The notes under the pieces: generated by a model
Databases searched by the model: none
The model's input: the letters and a program-made list of their open reading frames with translations, nothing else
What the model was told of the DNA's origin: nothing
In this document: positions 49,610 to 58,361 of the stretch, in pieces
Position numbering within the stretch: the first letter of the stretch is position 1
Layout: each line of letters begins with the position of its first letter
Source of the DNA: Abditibacterium sp.
Lineage (GTDB): Bacteria > Armatimonadota > Abditibacteriia > Abditibacteriales > Abditibacteriaceae
Reading direction: 5' to 3'
DNA length: 64,000 nucleotides
Assembly (NCBI GenBank): GCA_965199495.1
Contig: CBDASK010000003.1
Span: 4,288,001-4,352,000 of the forward strand
Translations under genes and position numbers: made by a program

Positions 49610-50440
49610 TTGATGTCTGATTCTTTAGCGATTTCCCTGTCCCGCCAAACCTCATTTTCGTGTGGGTTGCGGTTGTGGCAGAGTTTATGGGGCAATCACA
49701 AGAACGTTGAGGTTTATGGAAAACGGTCAAGGTCTCATGGCGCTAATTTCCAGTTAAGCATCGCTTTGCGTGGCCCCGTCTCGCCCGACGACGGCATGAT
49801 CGTTAATCTGGTTGATGTTAAACCTTATTTGAATCGGCTCATTCTTCCGCTTGACCAATGCTTCCTCAACGACGACGTGGCTGAGTTTGGTTGTTGTAGT
49901 CCAACCCCCGAAAATCTCGCGCGCTACCTGTGGGATCGGATGCCCGACCACATCGGAGATGGCTCGCTTTACCGCTTGCAGTTAAAGCAACTCAACCACA
50001 CCACTGTCGAAATTCTTCCCAGCTCCATGAAGGTCTCTCGCTCCTACGAATTTGCCGCCGCGCACCGGCTGTTTACGCCCACTCTATCCTCGGAGGAAAA
50101 CTGGGCGCGCTTTGATAAATGTTCTAATCCCGCAGGCCACGGCCACAACTTTCAGTTGTCTGTTTGGGTCGAGGGCGATCCCGACCCTCAAAGTGGATTT
50201 ATTATCAACCCGCAATTGCTCGATAACATCGTCGATCAGGAAGTCTATGAAAGATTCGATCACCGACACTTAAACGAGGACTGCCCGGAATTCTTCGGCG
50301 ATGGTTTAGTTCCGACATCGGAAAATCTGGCTTTGGTTATATTCAAGTTGATGCAAAGCCGACTCTCTCAAGAAGGATACCGGCTCTCGAAAATTGGCTT
50401 ACAGGAAACGCAGAAGAATTATTTTGAGGTAGAGGCTTAA
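49610..50440 (+). CDS. tandem-domain 6-pyruvoyltetrahydropterin synthase/QueD family protein
   Basis: Second domain FAAAHRL, CSNPAGHGH, PTSENL; first domain degenerate. Confidence 0.85.
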   Translation: MMSDSLAISLSRQTSFSCGLRLWQSLWGNHKNVEVYGKRSRSHGANFQLSIALRGPVSPDDGMIVNLVDVKPYLNRLILPLDQCFLNDDVAEFGCCSPTPENLARYLWDRMPDHIGDGSLYRLQLKQLNHTTVEILPSSMKVSRSYEFAAAHRLFTPTLSSEENWARFDKCSNPAGHGHNFQLSVWVEGDPDPQSGFIINPQLLDNIVDQEVYERFDHRHLNEDCPEFFGDGLVPTSENLALVIFKLMQSRLSQEGYRLSKIGLQETQKNYFEVEA

Positions 50441-50446
50441 ACCGCG

Positions 50447-51397
50447 ATGACACCGATTGACAACAGACAACTCAGCCTCGATTTCGATTATGACCGCGAT
50501 TTGATCGCCGACGAAGCCTATATCAACGAGTTGCCCGACCTGCAAAACGGAGCCAACGTTCAGGGCGCCTTGGTCAAGTTAGAACGCGTCGGCATTCATA
50601 ATTTTCGGCTCCCCATCAAATACCGCCAACGCGATAGCAGCGACCTACTGGAACTGGAAACATCGGTGACCGGCACAGTTTCGCTCGATTCCTGCACCAA
50701 GGGCATTAACATGAGCCGCATCATTCGCACGTTTTACGAACACCGCGAACGAGATTTTACCATTGATACATTGGCTCGCATTCTCCGCGATTACAAGCAC
50801 GGCCTTCAATCGCTGGAAGCCCAGATCATGGTGAAGTTCTCCTACCCGATCCTGCAAAATTCGCTGCGCTCGAATTTACAGGGATTTCAATATTATGATG
50901 TGGTTTTGGAAATGGAGGTGGACGCCAGCGATCAACTAAAAAAGACTTTGCACTTTGATTTCGTCTACTCTTCGGCTTGCCCCTGCTCATTCGAGTTGAG
51001 CGAACACGCCCGCAGCCACCGCAATAAAGCCACGGTGCCGCACTCACAGCGCAGCGTCGCCAGAGTCTCGGTGAAATTCGACACCATGGTCTGGATCGAA
51101 GATTTGCAGGGAATCTGCGTTCGGGCCTTGCAGACCGAAACTCAGGTTATGGTCAAACGCGAAGACGAACAGGCTTTTGCAGAACTCAACGGCTCCTACC
51201 TCAAGTTTGTCGAAGACGCCGCTCGTCTGCTTTACAGGGAATTGGATAATGACGACCGCATCCTCGATTTTAAAATTGTCTGCTCCCACTTGGAATCTCT
51301 TCACTCGCACGATGCCATCGCCGTCGTGGCCAAGGGAATTCCGGGAGGATGGACACCGGAAATCACCTACAACGAACTGAGGACGCTGATAAGGTAA
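50447..51397 (+). CDS. folE2: GTP cyclohydrolase IB
   Basis: KGINMSRI, SACPCS, HSQRS, KREDE, ESLHSHDA. Confidence 0.93.
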   Translation: MTPIDNRQLSLDFDYDRDLIADEAYINELPDLQNGANVQGALVKLERVGIHNFRLPIKYRQRDSSDLLELETSVTGTVSLDSCTKGINMSRIIRTFYEHRERDFTIDTLARILRDYKHGLQSLEAQIMVKFSYPILQNSLRSNLQGFQYYDVVLEMEVDASDQLKKTLHFDFVYSSACPCSFELSEHARSHRNKATVPHSQRSVARVSVKFDTMVWIEDLQGICVRALQTETQVMVKREDEQAFAELNGSYLKFVEDAARLLYRELDNDDRILDFKIVCSHLESLHSHDAIAVVAKGIPGGWTPEITYNELRTLIR

Positions 51398-51433
51398 AGA
51401 AATTGTTGATTATAAGAGTTAAGCAACCCGCGC

Positions 51434-51537
51434 ACAGTTTCCCTTTACAGTTTCCCTTTACAGTTTCCCTTTACAGTTTCCCTTTACAGTTTCCCTTTAC
51501 AGTTTCCCTTTACAGTTTCCCTTTACAGTTTCCCTTT
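51434..51537. repeat. tandem repeat, 8 x 13 bp ACAGTTTCCCTTT
   Basis: Eight exact consecutive copies. Confidence 0.95.
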
Positions 51538-51612
51538 ATTGATAACGCAATTCTCAAATGATGTGAATTACATACAACGCAATTGTATTGTGAGCGACTG
51601 GATTAATTATTA

Positions 51613-51661
51613 ATGAAAGAGGGCACGTTTGGCTTTGTAGTCAAACGTGCCCTCTTTCATT
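51613..51661. terminator. hairpin between convergent folE2 and peroxidase genes
   Basis: ATGAAAGAGGGCACGTTTG...CAAACGTGCCCTCTTTCAT. Confidence 0.75.
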
Positions 51662-51675
51662 CTTCGTCAAAAACC

Positions 51676-52296
51676 CTATTTTTGTGCGAGTTGGGTCTTG
51701 ATGGCGGTCTCTAATTCTTCGCTTTGCGGAGTGACTTTGGACTTGAAACGGTCTACTAAAGATCCATCGCGAGAAACCAAAAACTTCTCGAAATTCCAGT
51801 CTATCGGGCCGGTTTTCTTGGAGTTTGCCTCCTCGGTTAAATAGTGGAAGAAGGGAGAAATATCCTCTCCCTTAACGCTTGATTTGGCGAATAGATCGAA
51901 AGTCACGCCATAATTTTTCTGGCAGAACGCGCCGATTTCTTCGGCACTGCCCGGTTCCTGTCCCCCGAAATTGTTGGCGGGAAAACCCAAAACTTCCAAT
52001 CCCTGCGCTTTGTATGCTTCGGATAAAGCCTGCAAACCCGCGTATTGAGGCGTGTAACCGCACTTGGAGGCGGTATTCACAATGAGCAAAACTTTACCCC
52101 GGTATTTGGCCATATCCACGGGTTTGCCATCAAGGGTTTCGAGTTTGTAGTCGTATATCGTCATAGAAGCAGGTTCATCGGTGGGAGCCGTTTTTGTAGC
52201 AGAATTAGCAGCGGAGTCAGTTGCCTCAATGGAACGAGCGCTCTGGCAACCCGCAAGCAAAACTAAACCGCACAACAACAAAGGGAATTTTTTCAT
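51676..52296 (-). CDS. glutathione peroxidase family lipoprotein
   Basis: LAGC lipobox, NTASKCGYTPQY, WNFEKFL. Confidence 0.93.
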   Translation of the reverse strand: MKKFPLLLCGLVLLAGCQSARSIEATDSAANSATKTAPTDEPASMTIYDYKLETLDGKPVDMAKYRGKVLLIVNTASKCGYTPQYAGLQALSEAYKAQGLEVLGFPANNFGGQEPGSAEEIGAFCQKNYGVTFDLFAKSSVKGEDISPFFHYLTEEANSKKTGPIDWNFEKFLVSRDGSLVDRFKSKVTPQSEELETAIKTQLAQK

Positions 52297-52302
52297 GGGA
52301 GT

Positions 52303-52950
52303 TCAATCGGGGAGATGGTCTTCGCGCCACAAATCGTAAGAGATGCGCGCGATTTCAAAAGTTTGGCGCGTCTCAGTGTAGCCACCGGCACCACCCATGC
52401 GCCCAATTAAATCCAATTTCTCGCTATCAACATGTAGTTTCTCCCGGTCAACGAACTGATCTTCGCACCACAACCCCAGAACTTCACCGACAACGAGTTG
52501 ATTTCGCCCGATTAATAGCGTGGTATGTTCGCGGCACTCCAAGCTAATCGGCGCCTGACAAATGCGCGGCACGCTAATTCGGCGCGACGAACACGTTTTC
52601 AAACCAGCGATTTCCACCTCGGAATACGCCGGGGGAAAATTGATGGCGCAAACGTTCATCGCCTCCGCCATCGAGTGGCTCACCAAATTCACGACAAATT
52701 CGCTCCGAGAACGAATATTGCGCAGGGTATCTTTCTCGCCGTCTCCGCCTCCGCCACTAATTCCAACCACGACTAACGCGGGATCACTGCCGATAACATT
52801 AAAAAAAGAGTACGGAGCCGCATTGATAATCCCCTGTTCGCCCTGCGATGTAATCAGGGCAATCGGACGTGGCACGACGGAAGCCGCCAACAACTTATAA
52901 CCATCGCGAGTAGAAATTTCAGAAAAATCAAAGAACATTATTTTTATCAT
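52303..52950 (-). CDS. flavin reductase family protein
   Basis: VVPRPIA, NAAPYSFFN, KDTLRNI, GRMGG. Confidence 0.9.
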   Translation of the reverse strand: MIKIMFFDFSEISTRDGYKLLAASVVPRPIALITSQGEQGIINAAPYSFFNVIGSDPALVVVGISGGGGDGEKDTLRNIRSRSEFVVNLVSHSMAEAMNVCAINFPPAYSEVEIAGLKTCSSRRISVPRICQAPISLECREHTTLLIGRNQLVVGEVLGLWCEDQFVDREKLHVDSEKLDLIGRMGGAGGYTETRQTFEIARISYDLWREDHLPD

Positions 52951-53170
52951 CCAAATTAATCTGGATGTGGCAGACCAACGATCAATCCAACAGCCAATTT
53001 TGCGCCGCCGTAGAAAACAAAAACGGAATTCACTTCCAAAATCGCAACAGCGAATTCGTCAAAAAAAGCTAATTAAAATCCTATTAAAATCCTATGGTAT
53101 TGATCATTGGCTAAATCACCCGCAATTTATGTATTGTGAGCGATTAGAATGTAAAACAACAATGCTTGAT

Positions 53171-54055
53171 TTATGAGATAGCGGGGAGAAGGGAGAGGCG
53201 ATTAAATTTCGAGTTGCCGGCGGTGAGTAGATTGCGGCGCGCGCGGAAAAACTCCAGACGTTCGGCCCAGTCGCCATTAGTCGAGTGGAAGGGCGCATTG
53301 GAGATTTTTTCGACGAACTCGGTGATTTTGCGCGCAGACAGGGGCTTGCCCTGCCAGGGAAAACGCAGTTCAGGGCACACCAGACTGGCGACATCGGGAG
53401 CCATAGCGCTGGTTTCGAGAGGTAGGTTGAACGCATAAAGTACCTGACCCGGAAAAATAGTGCGCAGAGGCGGCGCGATCAAATGGCGGCTGTCGGCGCT
53501 CACAATTAACGATTTGGAATAGGTATAACCATCGCCGTCGGCAATTTCAAAATCAACGGCTAACCGCACAGCCACGGCGCGCCCCACAATGATAGAGTCG
53601 GGGTCATCAAGCAAAAATATCTTACGCGGCATCAACTTGAGCAGACGTAACCAGTCGCACAGCCCATCAACTCGCAAACGTAACTCCTCGTAACTCAAGG
53701 GGATTGGCTCGCCCAAAACAGGCTCAGCCACAAGAGTTGGCGAACTTAACAAGGCCGCACCATAACATACAAAATGAGCGCGCGTATACTCATCTAACGC
53801 CGGGCCAGCGGGGTTCGCGCGTGTGCTTTCCAGACGCTCCAAGCGAGAATTCAATTGCTCCAACGCCGCGTAAGCCTCGCCAGAGTTCGGCACTTCGATG
53901 ATACCCTGCCCCAACGCCCGCGCCATTGCCTCGCTCCAGGCGGCTAATCCCTCGGTCTGTTCACACAACAAAGCAGCCCAGCGCATTTGAAACGCGGGCC
54001 AGAACGCACGAACGGAAGAAGAAGAGAACACTTGAAAAAGTTTAAAAGCCACCAC
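53171..54055 (-). CDS. hypothetical protein
   Basis: 294-aa ORF; start uncertain. Confidence 0.6.
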   Translation of the reverse strand: MVAFKLFQVFSSSSVRAFWPAFQMRWAALLCEQTEGLAAWSEAMARALGQGIIEVPNSGEAYAALEQLNSRLERLESTRANPAGPALDEYTRAHFVCYGAALLSSPTLVAEPVLGEPIPLSYEELRLRVDGLCDWLRLLKLMPRKIFLLDDPDSIIVGRAVAVRLAVDFEIADGDGYTYSKSLIVSADSRHLIAPPLRTIFPGQVLYAFNLPLETSAMAPDVASLVCPELRFPWQGKPLSARKITEFVEKISNAPFHSTNGDWAERLEFFRARRNLLTAGNSKFNRLSLLPAIS

Positions 54056-54231
54056 TCTGCGCCTAAATGCGACATTCCATTATCACCTAAAGAAATAATT
54101 GGGCCACACGGCATAGTCTGGCAAATTTTGGCGAACCCCTGAAACTGATATAGGGCACATTCCATAACTTTAAGGCTTATTTTTCAAAACGACCGTTGAA
54201 CAACGGCGATATCAGCACTTAATTTTCATTT

Positions 54232-55770
54232 TTACAGGTTACGAGCGATTAACACGGCGACATCATCGCGGTGAACGCTTTTGGCAACGGCGCTGCGGGC
54301 GAGGGTAAAATGACGCGCCATAAACGGTTCGTCGCCAAGAGCCACGCCCGCCAGAGCGACCAACTCCTGCGCGGCCTCCGCCGAAGTTGGCGATGTCGCC
54401 GCTTCGGCATAACTCTCGCGCAACCCCAGCGCCAAGGCGTTGACCTGTGCCTCGCCATCGAACTCGCCACCATAGGAAAGCGCGTCGGGCAGACCATCGG
54501 TGAACATCAAGAGGGCATCGCCCTTTTTCCATGCCACCGATTTCTGGGTGATTTTGAGTTCAGGGAACAGTCCCAGCGCCGGAGCCGTCGCTGCCAACGC
54601 AAAGGGCGCCTCCTCACTGGCGCCCGCCGCTCGCATCAATAGCGGCGCCAAATGCCCCGCGTTGCACCACGTCAACAATTGCAGCTTGCTATCAACGACG
54701 ACCAGACAAATCGCGATATAAAGTTCGGGCGCCAAGTCGGGCAAGAGCGTCGTTTGTAGGCGCGCCATGAGTTCGGCAGGTTGCGAGTGCAACGGCGCGA
54801 GGGCGCGCAGCGAATATTTGAGCAGGGGCACGCGCGCCTGAGCGCGGATGCTTTTGCCCGAAACATCGGCGATGCACAAAAGCGTCGCGCCATCGGCAAG
54901 GGGAATCGCGTCGAGATAATCGCCGCCGCCCACGCTACGCGCGCTCTGCAAAGCCGCGCCAATATCGAGGTCATGCGGGACGCCACCCTTTTCGGGACGA
55001 CTGAGCAAAAGAGGTTGCAGTTCGCCCGACAAATCTATTTCCTGTTGGTAGTTGGCGATCAACAGTTCGCGCTCCAAACTGCGCTCGCGCTCGCGATCCT
55101 GCGCCTCGGCGATATACCCGGCCAAGGCGCCTATGACGAAGAACAAAACCGAGTTCAGCGCCATCGGATAGTTTGGTTGCAGCAACACTCCCGCGCCGGT
55201 GGCTGCCGGTCGCACCCACAACATCAGCCAAAGAAAGTTGCAGACCGCCGCCATCAAAACGCCACCCAAAACGCGATACCACATCGCCGCGACGACAACG
55301 ACAACGTAATAAAACGGCAGCAACTCGAAGCGCCCGGAAATGTGAATCCACGCCGAAATCAGCGTGGCATCCATCGTCACGATGAGCGCGCGCCGCAACC
55401 GAAAGCGCGTCGGATAAATGCTGGCGACGATAGTGAAGATGTTATAAACGCCCGCGACCGCCATCAAAATCAGCGCGCTACTGCCGTAGGCCTCGCGAAT
55501 CGGGTAGACGAAAGGCACGAGAGCCAACGCCATCAACAGCAGCATGCGTAGCGACGCCAACAGCAGCTCGGCATCGCGAATCGCGTTATCGCCCGCCTCG
55601 CCTTCGACAGACCCATCACCACGCTTCTCGGCCTTGTCACGCCCGGTCAGTTCGGCGAATTCGGACGCGACAGACGCCGCCAACTGACGCGATGGGGCCA
55701 ATGTATAGCGTCCGTTTTGTGAATCCGGCGCCTCCGACGCAGGGGAATGTTCGCGAACCTTAAAAGTCAA
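54232..55770 (-). CDS. membrane PP2C/SpoIIE-type phosphatase
   Basis: TM segments, VGGGDYLD, IADVSGK, NAGH, FTDG, DD. Confidence 0.9.
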   Translation of the reverse strand: MTFKVREHSPASEAPDSQNGRYTLAPSRQLAASVASEFAELTGRDKAEKRGDGSVEGEAGDNAIRDAELLLASLRMLLLMALALVPFVYPIREAYGSSALILMAVAGVYNIFTIVASIYPTRFRLRRALIVTMDATLISAWIHISGRFELLPFYYVVVVVAAMWYRVLGGVLMAAVCNFLWLMLWVRPAATGAGVLLQPNYPMALNSVLFFVIGALAGYIAEAQDRERERSLERELLIANYQQEIDLSGELQPLLLSRPEKGGVPHDLDIGAALQSARSVGGGDYLDAIPLADGATLLCIADVSGKSIRAQARVPLLKYSLRALAPLHSQPAELMARLQTTLLPDLAPELYIAICLVVVDSKLQLLTWCNAGHLAPLLMRAAGASEEAPFALAATAPALGLFPELKITQKSVAWKKGDALLMFTDGLPDALSYGGEFDGEAQVNALALGLRESYAEAATSPTSAEAAQELVALAGVALGDEPFMARHFTLARSAVAKSVHRDDVAVLIARNL

Positions 55771-56012
55771 GATACCTATATTTTACCGGGAGAGCGCCGC
55801 TCTTGGCGCGCAATATGTGATACAGGCTGTTACAAAGTGCAAAAATGGCATTGGCTCGCGCGTAGTGGCGCCAAATCCAATAGAGGAAACCAAGCTATCA
55901 CCGAAAAGCAACTTCAACTTCATCTTCTTTTGCATTGTGAGCGATTAGATATATTTCTTGATTAATGACAACGAAACGGGAAGGATGGCGAATTTATTTA
56001 TAAACTACGCGC

Positions 56013-56939
56013 GTGCTTTCTTCTGAATCGGAATCGGTCGCGCCACTTCATGTGGTTTCAGTTTCGCTGGGTTCGTCGTCGCGCGACCATTGCAGCGACG
56101 CGCAATTTTTGGGGCGCCAATGGAAATTGGAGCGGCGCGGCACCGACGGCGACTTGGAAAAGGCGCGCGCCCTCATCACCGAATTGGACGGCCACGTCGC
56201 CGCCATCGGTCTGGGCGGCATTGACCTGTGGCTGGTCGCGGGCGAAAAACGTTACCCGATACTCGCCGCGCAAAAATTAGCTAAGGCCGCCAAAGTCACG
56301 CCGGTCGTGGATGGTAGCGGCCTGAAAAACACGCTCGAACGCAAGACCGTGCGCGCCCTCAACGACGGCATTTATCCGCTCAAGGGCGTCAAAGTTGGTC
56401 TGACCTGTGCCGTGGATCGCTTCGGCATGGCGCAGGAATTGGTTAAAGTCGGCGCCGACGTCACTTTTGGTGATTGGCTGTTTGTCTTGAACATCCCGTT
56501 TATGATGCGCCGCTTGCGCTCGATTCAGCGCGCGGCACGCTGGGTTTTGCCCATCGCCGGGCGCTTACCTTTCACCCTGCTCTACCCGACGGGCAGCGCG
56601 CAAACCGAAATCGTCGCCAGCGCCAAACACCTCCAATTTTTTGAGAATAATGAAATTATCGCGGGCGATTTTCTGCTGATTCGCCGTTATTTGCCGCAAG
56701 ATTTAAGCGGCAAAACGATTTTGACCAACACGGTCACGCCCGCCGACATCGAATTATTACGCGCGCGCGGCGCGCGGCAACTCATTACAACGACGCCCGA
56801 ATTCGACGGACGCAGCTTCGGCACCAACGTCATGGAAGGCATCTTCGCCGCGCTGGGCGACCAAACCGAAGCGGATTACCAGAAGCGCTTGGAGCAACTC
56901 GACTGGCAACCGCGCGTCGTTTTTTTGGGTGACAAGTGA
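56013..56939 (+). CDS. conserved hypothetical protein (family often labelled quinate 5-dehydrogenase)
   Basis: VSVSLGSSSRD, GTDGD, VDGSGLKNTLE, GRSFGTNVME. Confidence 0.7.
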   Translation: MLSSESESVAPLHVVSVSLGSSSRDHCSDAQFLGRQWKLERRGTDGDLEKARALITELDGHVAAIGLGGIDLWLVAGEKRYPILAAQKLAKAAKVTPVVDGSGLKNTLERKTVRALNDGIYPLKGVKVGLTCAVDRFGMAQELVKVGADVTFGDWLFVLNIPFMMRRLRSIQRAARWVLPIAGRLPFTLLYPTGSAQTEIVASAKHLQFFENNEIIAGDFLLIRRYLPQDLSGKTILTNTVTPADIELLRARGARQLITTTPEFDGRSFGTNVMEGIFAALGDQTEADYQKRLEQLDWQPRVVFLGDK

Positions 56940-57051
56940 CATGTTTCAAGTGGCAAGCAGAAGAAGCCACAACCGCGTCGCTTCACATGACTTTCCCGCT
57001 CACTCGCGTTGTCACTTGCCACCTGTTACCTGCCACTTGCCACTGTTCCCC

Positions 57052-58149
57052 ATGCACCAATTTTCTTTTGTTATTCATCCGCTCGAATTGAAGCGCGATG
57101 CGGCACGCAAATATCCGATTCTCAAGTTTTTCCCCGAAAAAGTCGTCGAGCAAATCGCGTTGCGCATTAGCCCCAAGTTGATGTCGCAAATCACCGGCGT
57201 GCAATCCGCCACCGGCGAGCAGGCGCAGGGCTGGTTCGTGGGTTGCCCGCTTTCGGCCCGACAACTGGTGAGCTTGCCCGACGAAGTGATTTACGATCAT
57301 CTGGTCGCCGCCGGACATTTCAGCGCCAATCTGGGCGCGCGCGTGATGGGGCTGGGCGCCTTTACTTCAGTTGCGGGCGATGCGGGCATCACGGTCGCCA
57401 AACGTTTGGAAGGCACGATTAACGTGACTTCAGGCAACTCCTATACGGTTTTCACGGCGGTCGAGGGTTTGATTAAAGCGGCGGGTTTGATGGGCCATGA
57501 CATCGCCGATTGCAACGTCGCCATCGTCGGCGCGACCGGCGCGATTGGCGCGGTCTGCGCCAAAATGTTGGCGCCGCAGGTGCGCGAAATCACCTTGATT
57601 GGCCGCGACGAAACCAAATTGGAAACCGTGCGCGCCGATGTGCAAAAATGCGGTAGGGCAACCGTCGGAATTTCGACCGATATTCGCGCGGCCCTGCGCG
57701 AGGCCGATTTAATTTTGGCGGTTTCGGCGGCGGGCAAAGAGTTGGTTTTTCCCGAAGATTTAAAAATTGGCGCCGTGGTGTGCGACGTGGCTCGTCCGCG
57801 CGATGTCAGCAAATCGGTCGTCGAAAAACGCGATGACGTTTTGGTAATCGAAGGCGGCGTCATCGAAGTGCCGGGCGATGTGGATTTTCGCTTCACCTTC
57901 GGTTTCCCGCCGCGCACCGCCTTCGCGTGCATGAGCGAAACCATGATTCTGGCGCTCGAAGGCACCTACCAAAGTTACACGCTGGGTCGCGATTTAACGG
58001 TTGAACAGGTCACGCACATGGGCGAACTGGCGAAAAAACACGGTTTTAAGTTGGCCGGTTTTCGCGCCTTTGAAATCGCCGTCACCGACGAACAAATCAG
58101 CCGCACGCGTGAGGCCGCGCAGCGTAAACGCGGCAAGGGCATGGTATGA
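57052..58149 (+). CDS. acyl-ACP reductase-like NAD(P)-dependent oxidoreductase
   Basis: FVIHP, GLGAFTS, TSGNSYT, GATGAIG, DVARPRD, ACMSETM. Confidence 0.78.
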   Translation: MHQFSFVIHPLELKRDAARKYPILKFFPEKVVEQIALRISPKLMSQITGVQSATGEQAQGWFVGCPLSARQLVSLPDEVIYDHLVAAGHFSANLGARVMGLGAFTSVAGDAGITVAKRLEGTINVTSGNSYTVFTAVEGLIKAAGLMGHDIADCNVAIVGATGAIGAVCAKMLAPQVREITLIGRDETKLETVRADVQKCGRATVGISTDIRAALREADLILAVSAAGKELVFPEDLKIGAVVCDVARPRDVSKSVVEKRDDVLVIEGGVIEVPGDVDFRFTFGFPPRTAFACMSETMILALEGTYQSYTLGRDLTVEQVTHMGELAKKHGFKLAGFRAFEIAVTDEQISRTREAAQRKRGKGMV

Positions 58150-58307
58150 ATACACAAGAAGAAGAGCCGCACAAAAGAAAAATCAACACTTACGATTATA
58201 TGCGGATGGCCGCCAAATTTATCAACGCGGCCAAAGCGTTGTTCTGCTGGAATGCCCCGAAGTTTCGATAGAAGTCAACGCGATGCTATCGTAAATAATT
58301 CGCAATC

Positions 58308-58346
58308 AAAAAGGGCGCGCCGACGAAATCGTCGGCGCGCCCTTTT
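58308..58346. terminator. bidirectional terminator
   Basis: AAAAGGGCGCGCCGACG-AAAT-CGTCGGCGCGCCCTTTT. Confidence 0.8.
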
Positions 58347-58361
58347 ATTACTTGGCGAAAT

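Noticed and set aside
53497..53506. Seventh copy of the polar motif
   Set aside because: Only the 10-nt core CGCTCACAAT matches and it lies inside a CDS; the partial match near 14732 is rejected likewise
41540..55944. lac/LacI operators or vector contamination
   Set aside because: Shares ATTGTGAGCG with lacO but lacks the second half-site, has a constant TGT extension, and occurs between convergent genes in native context
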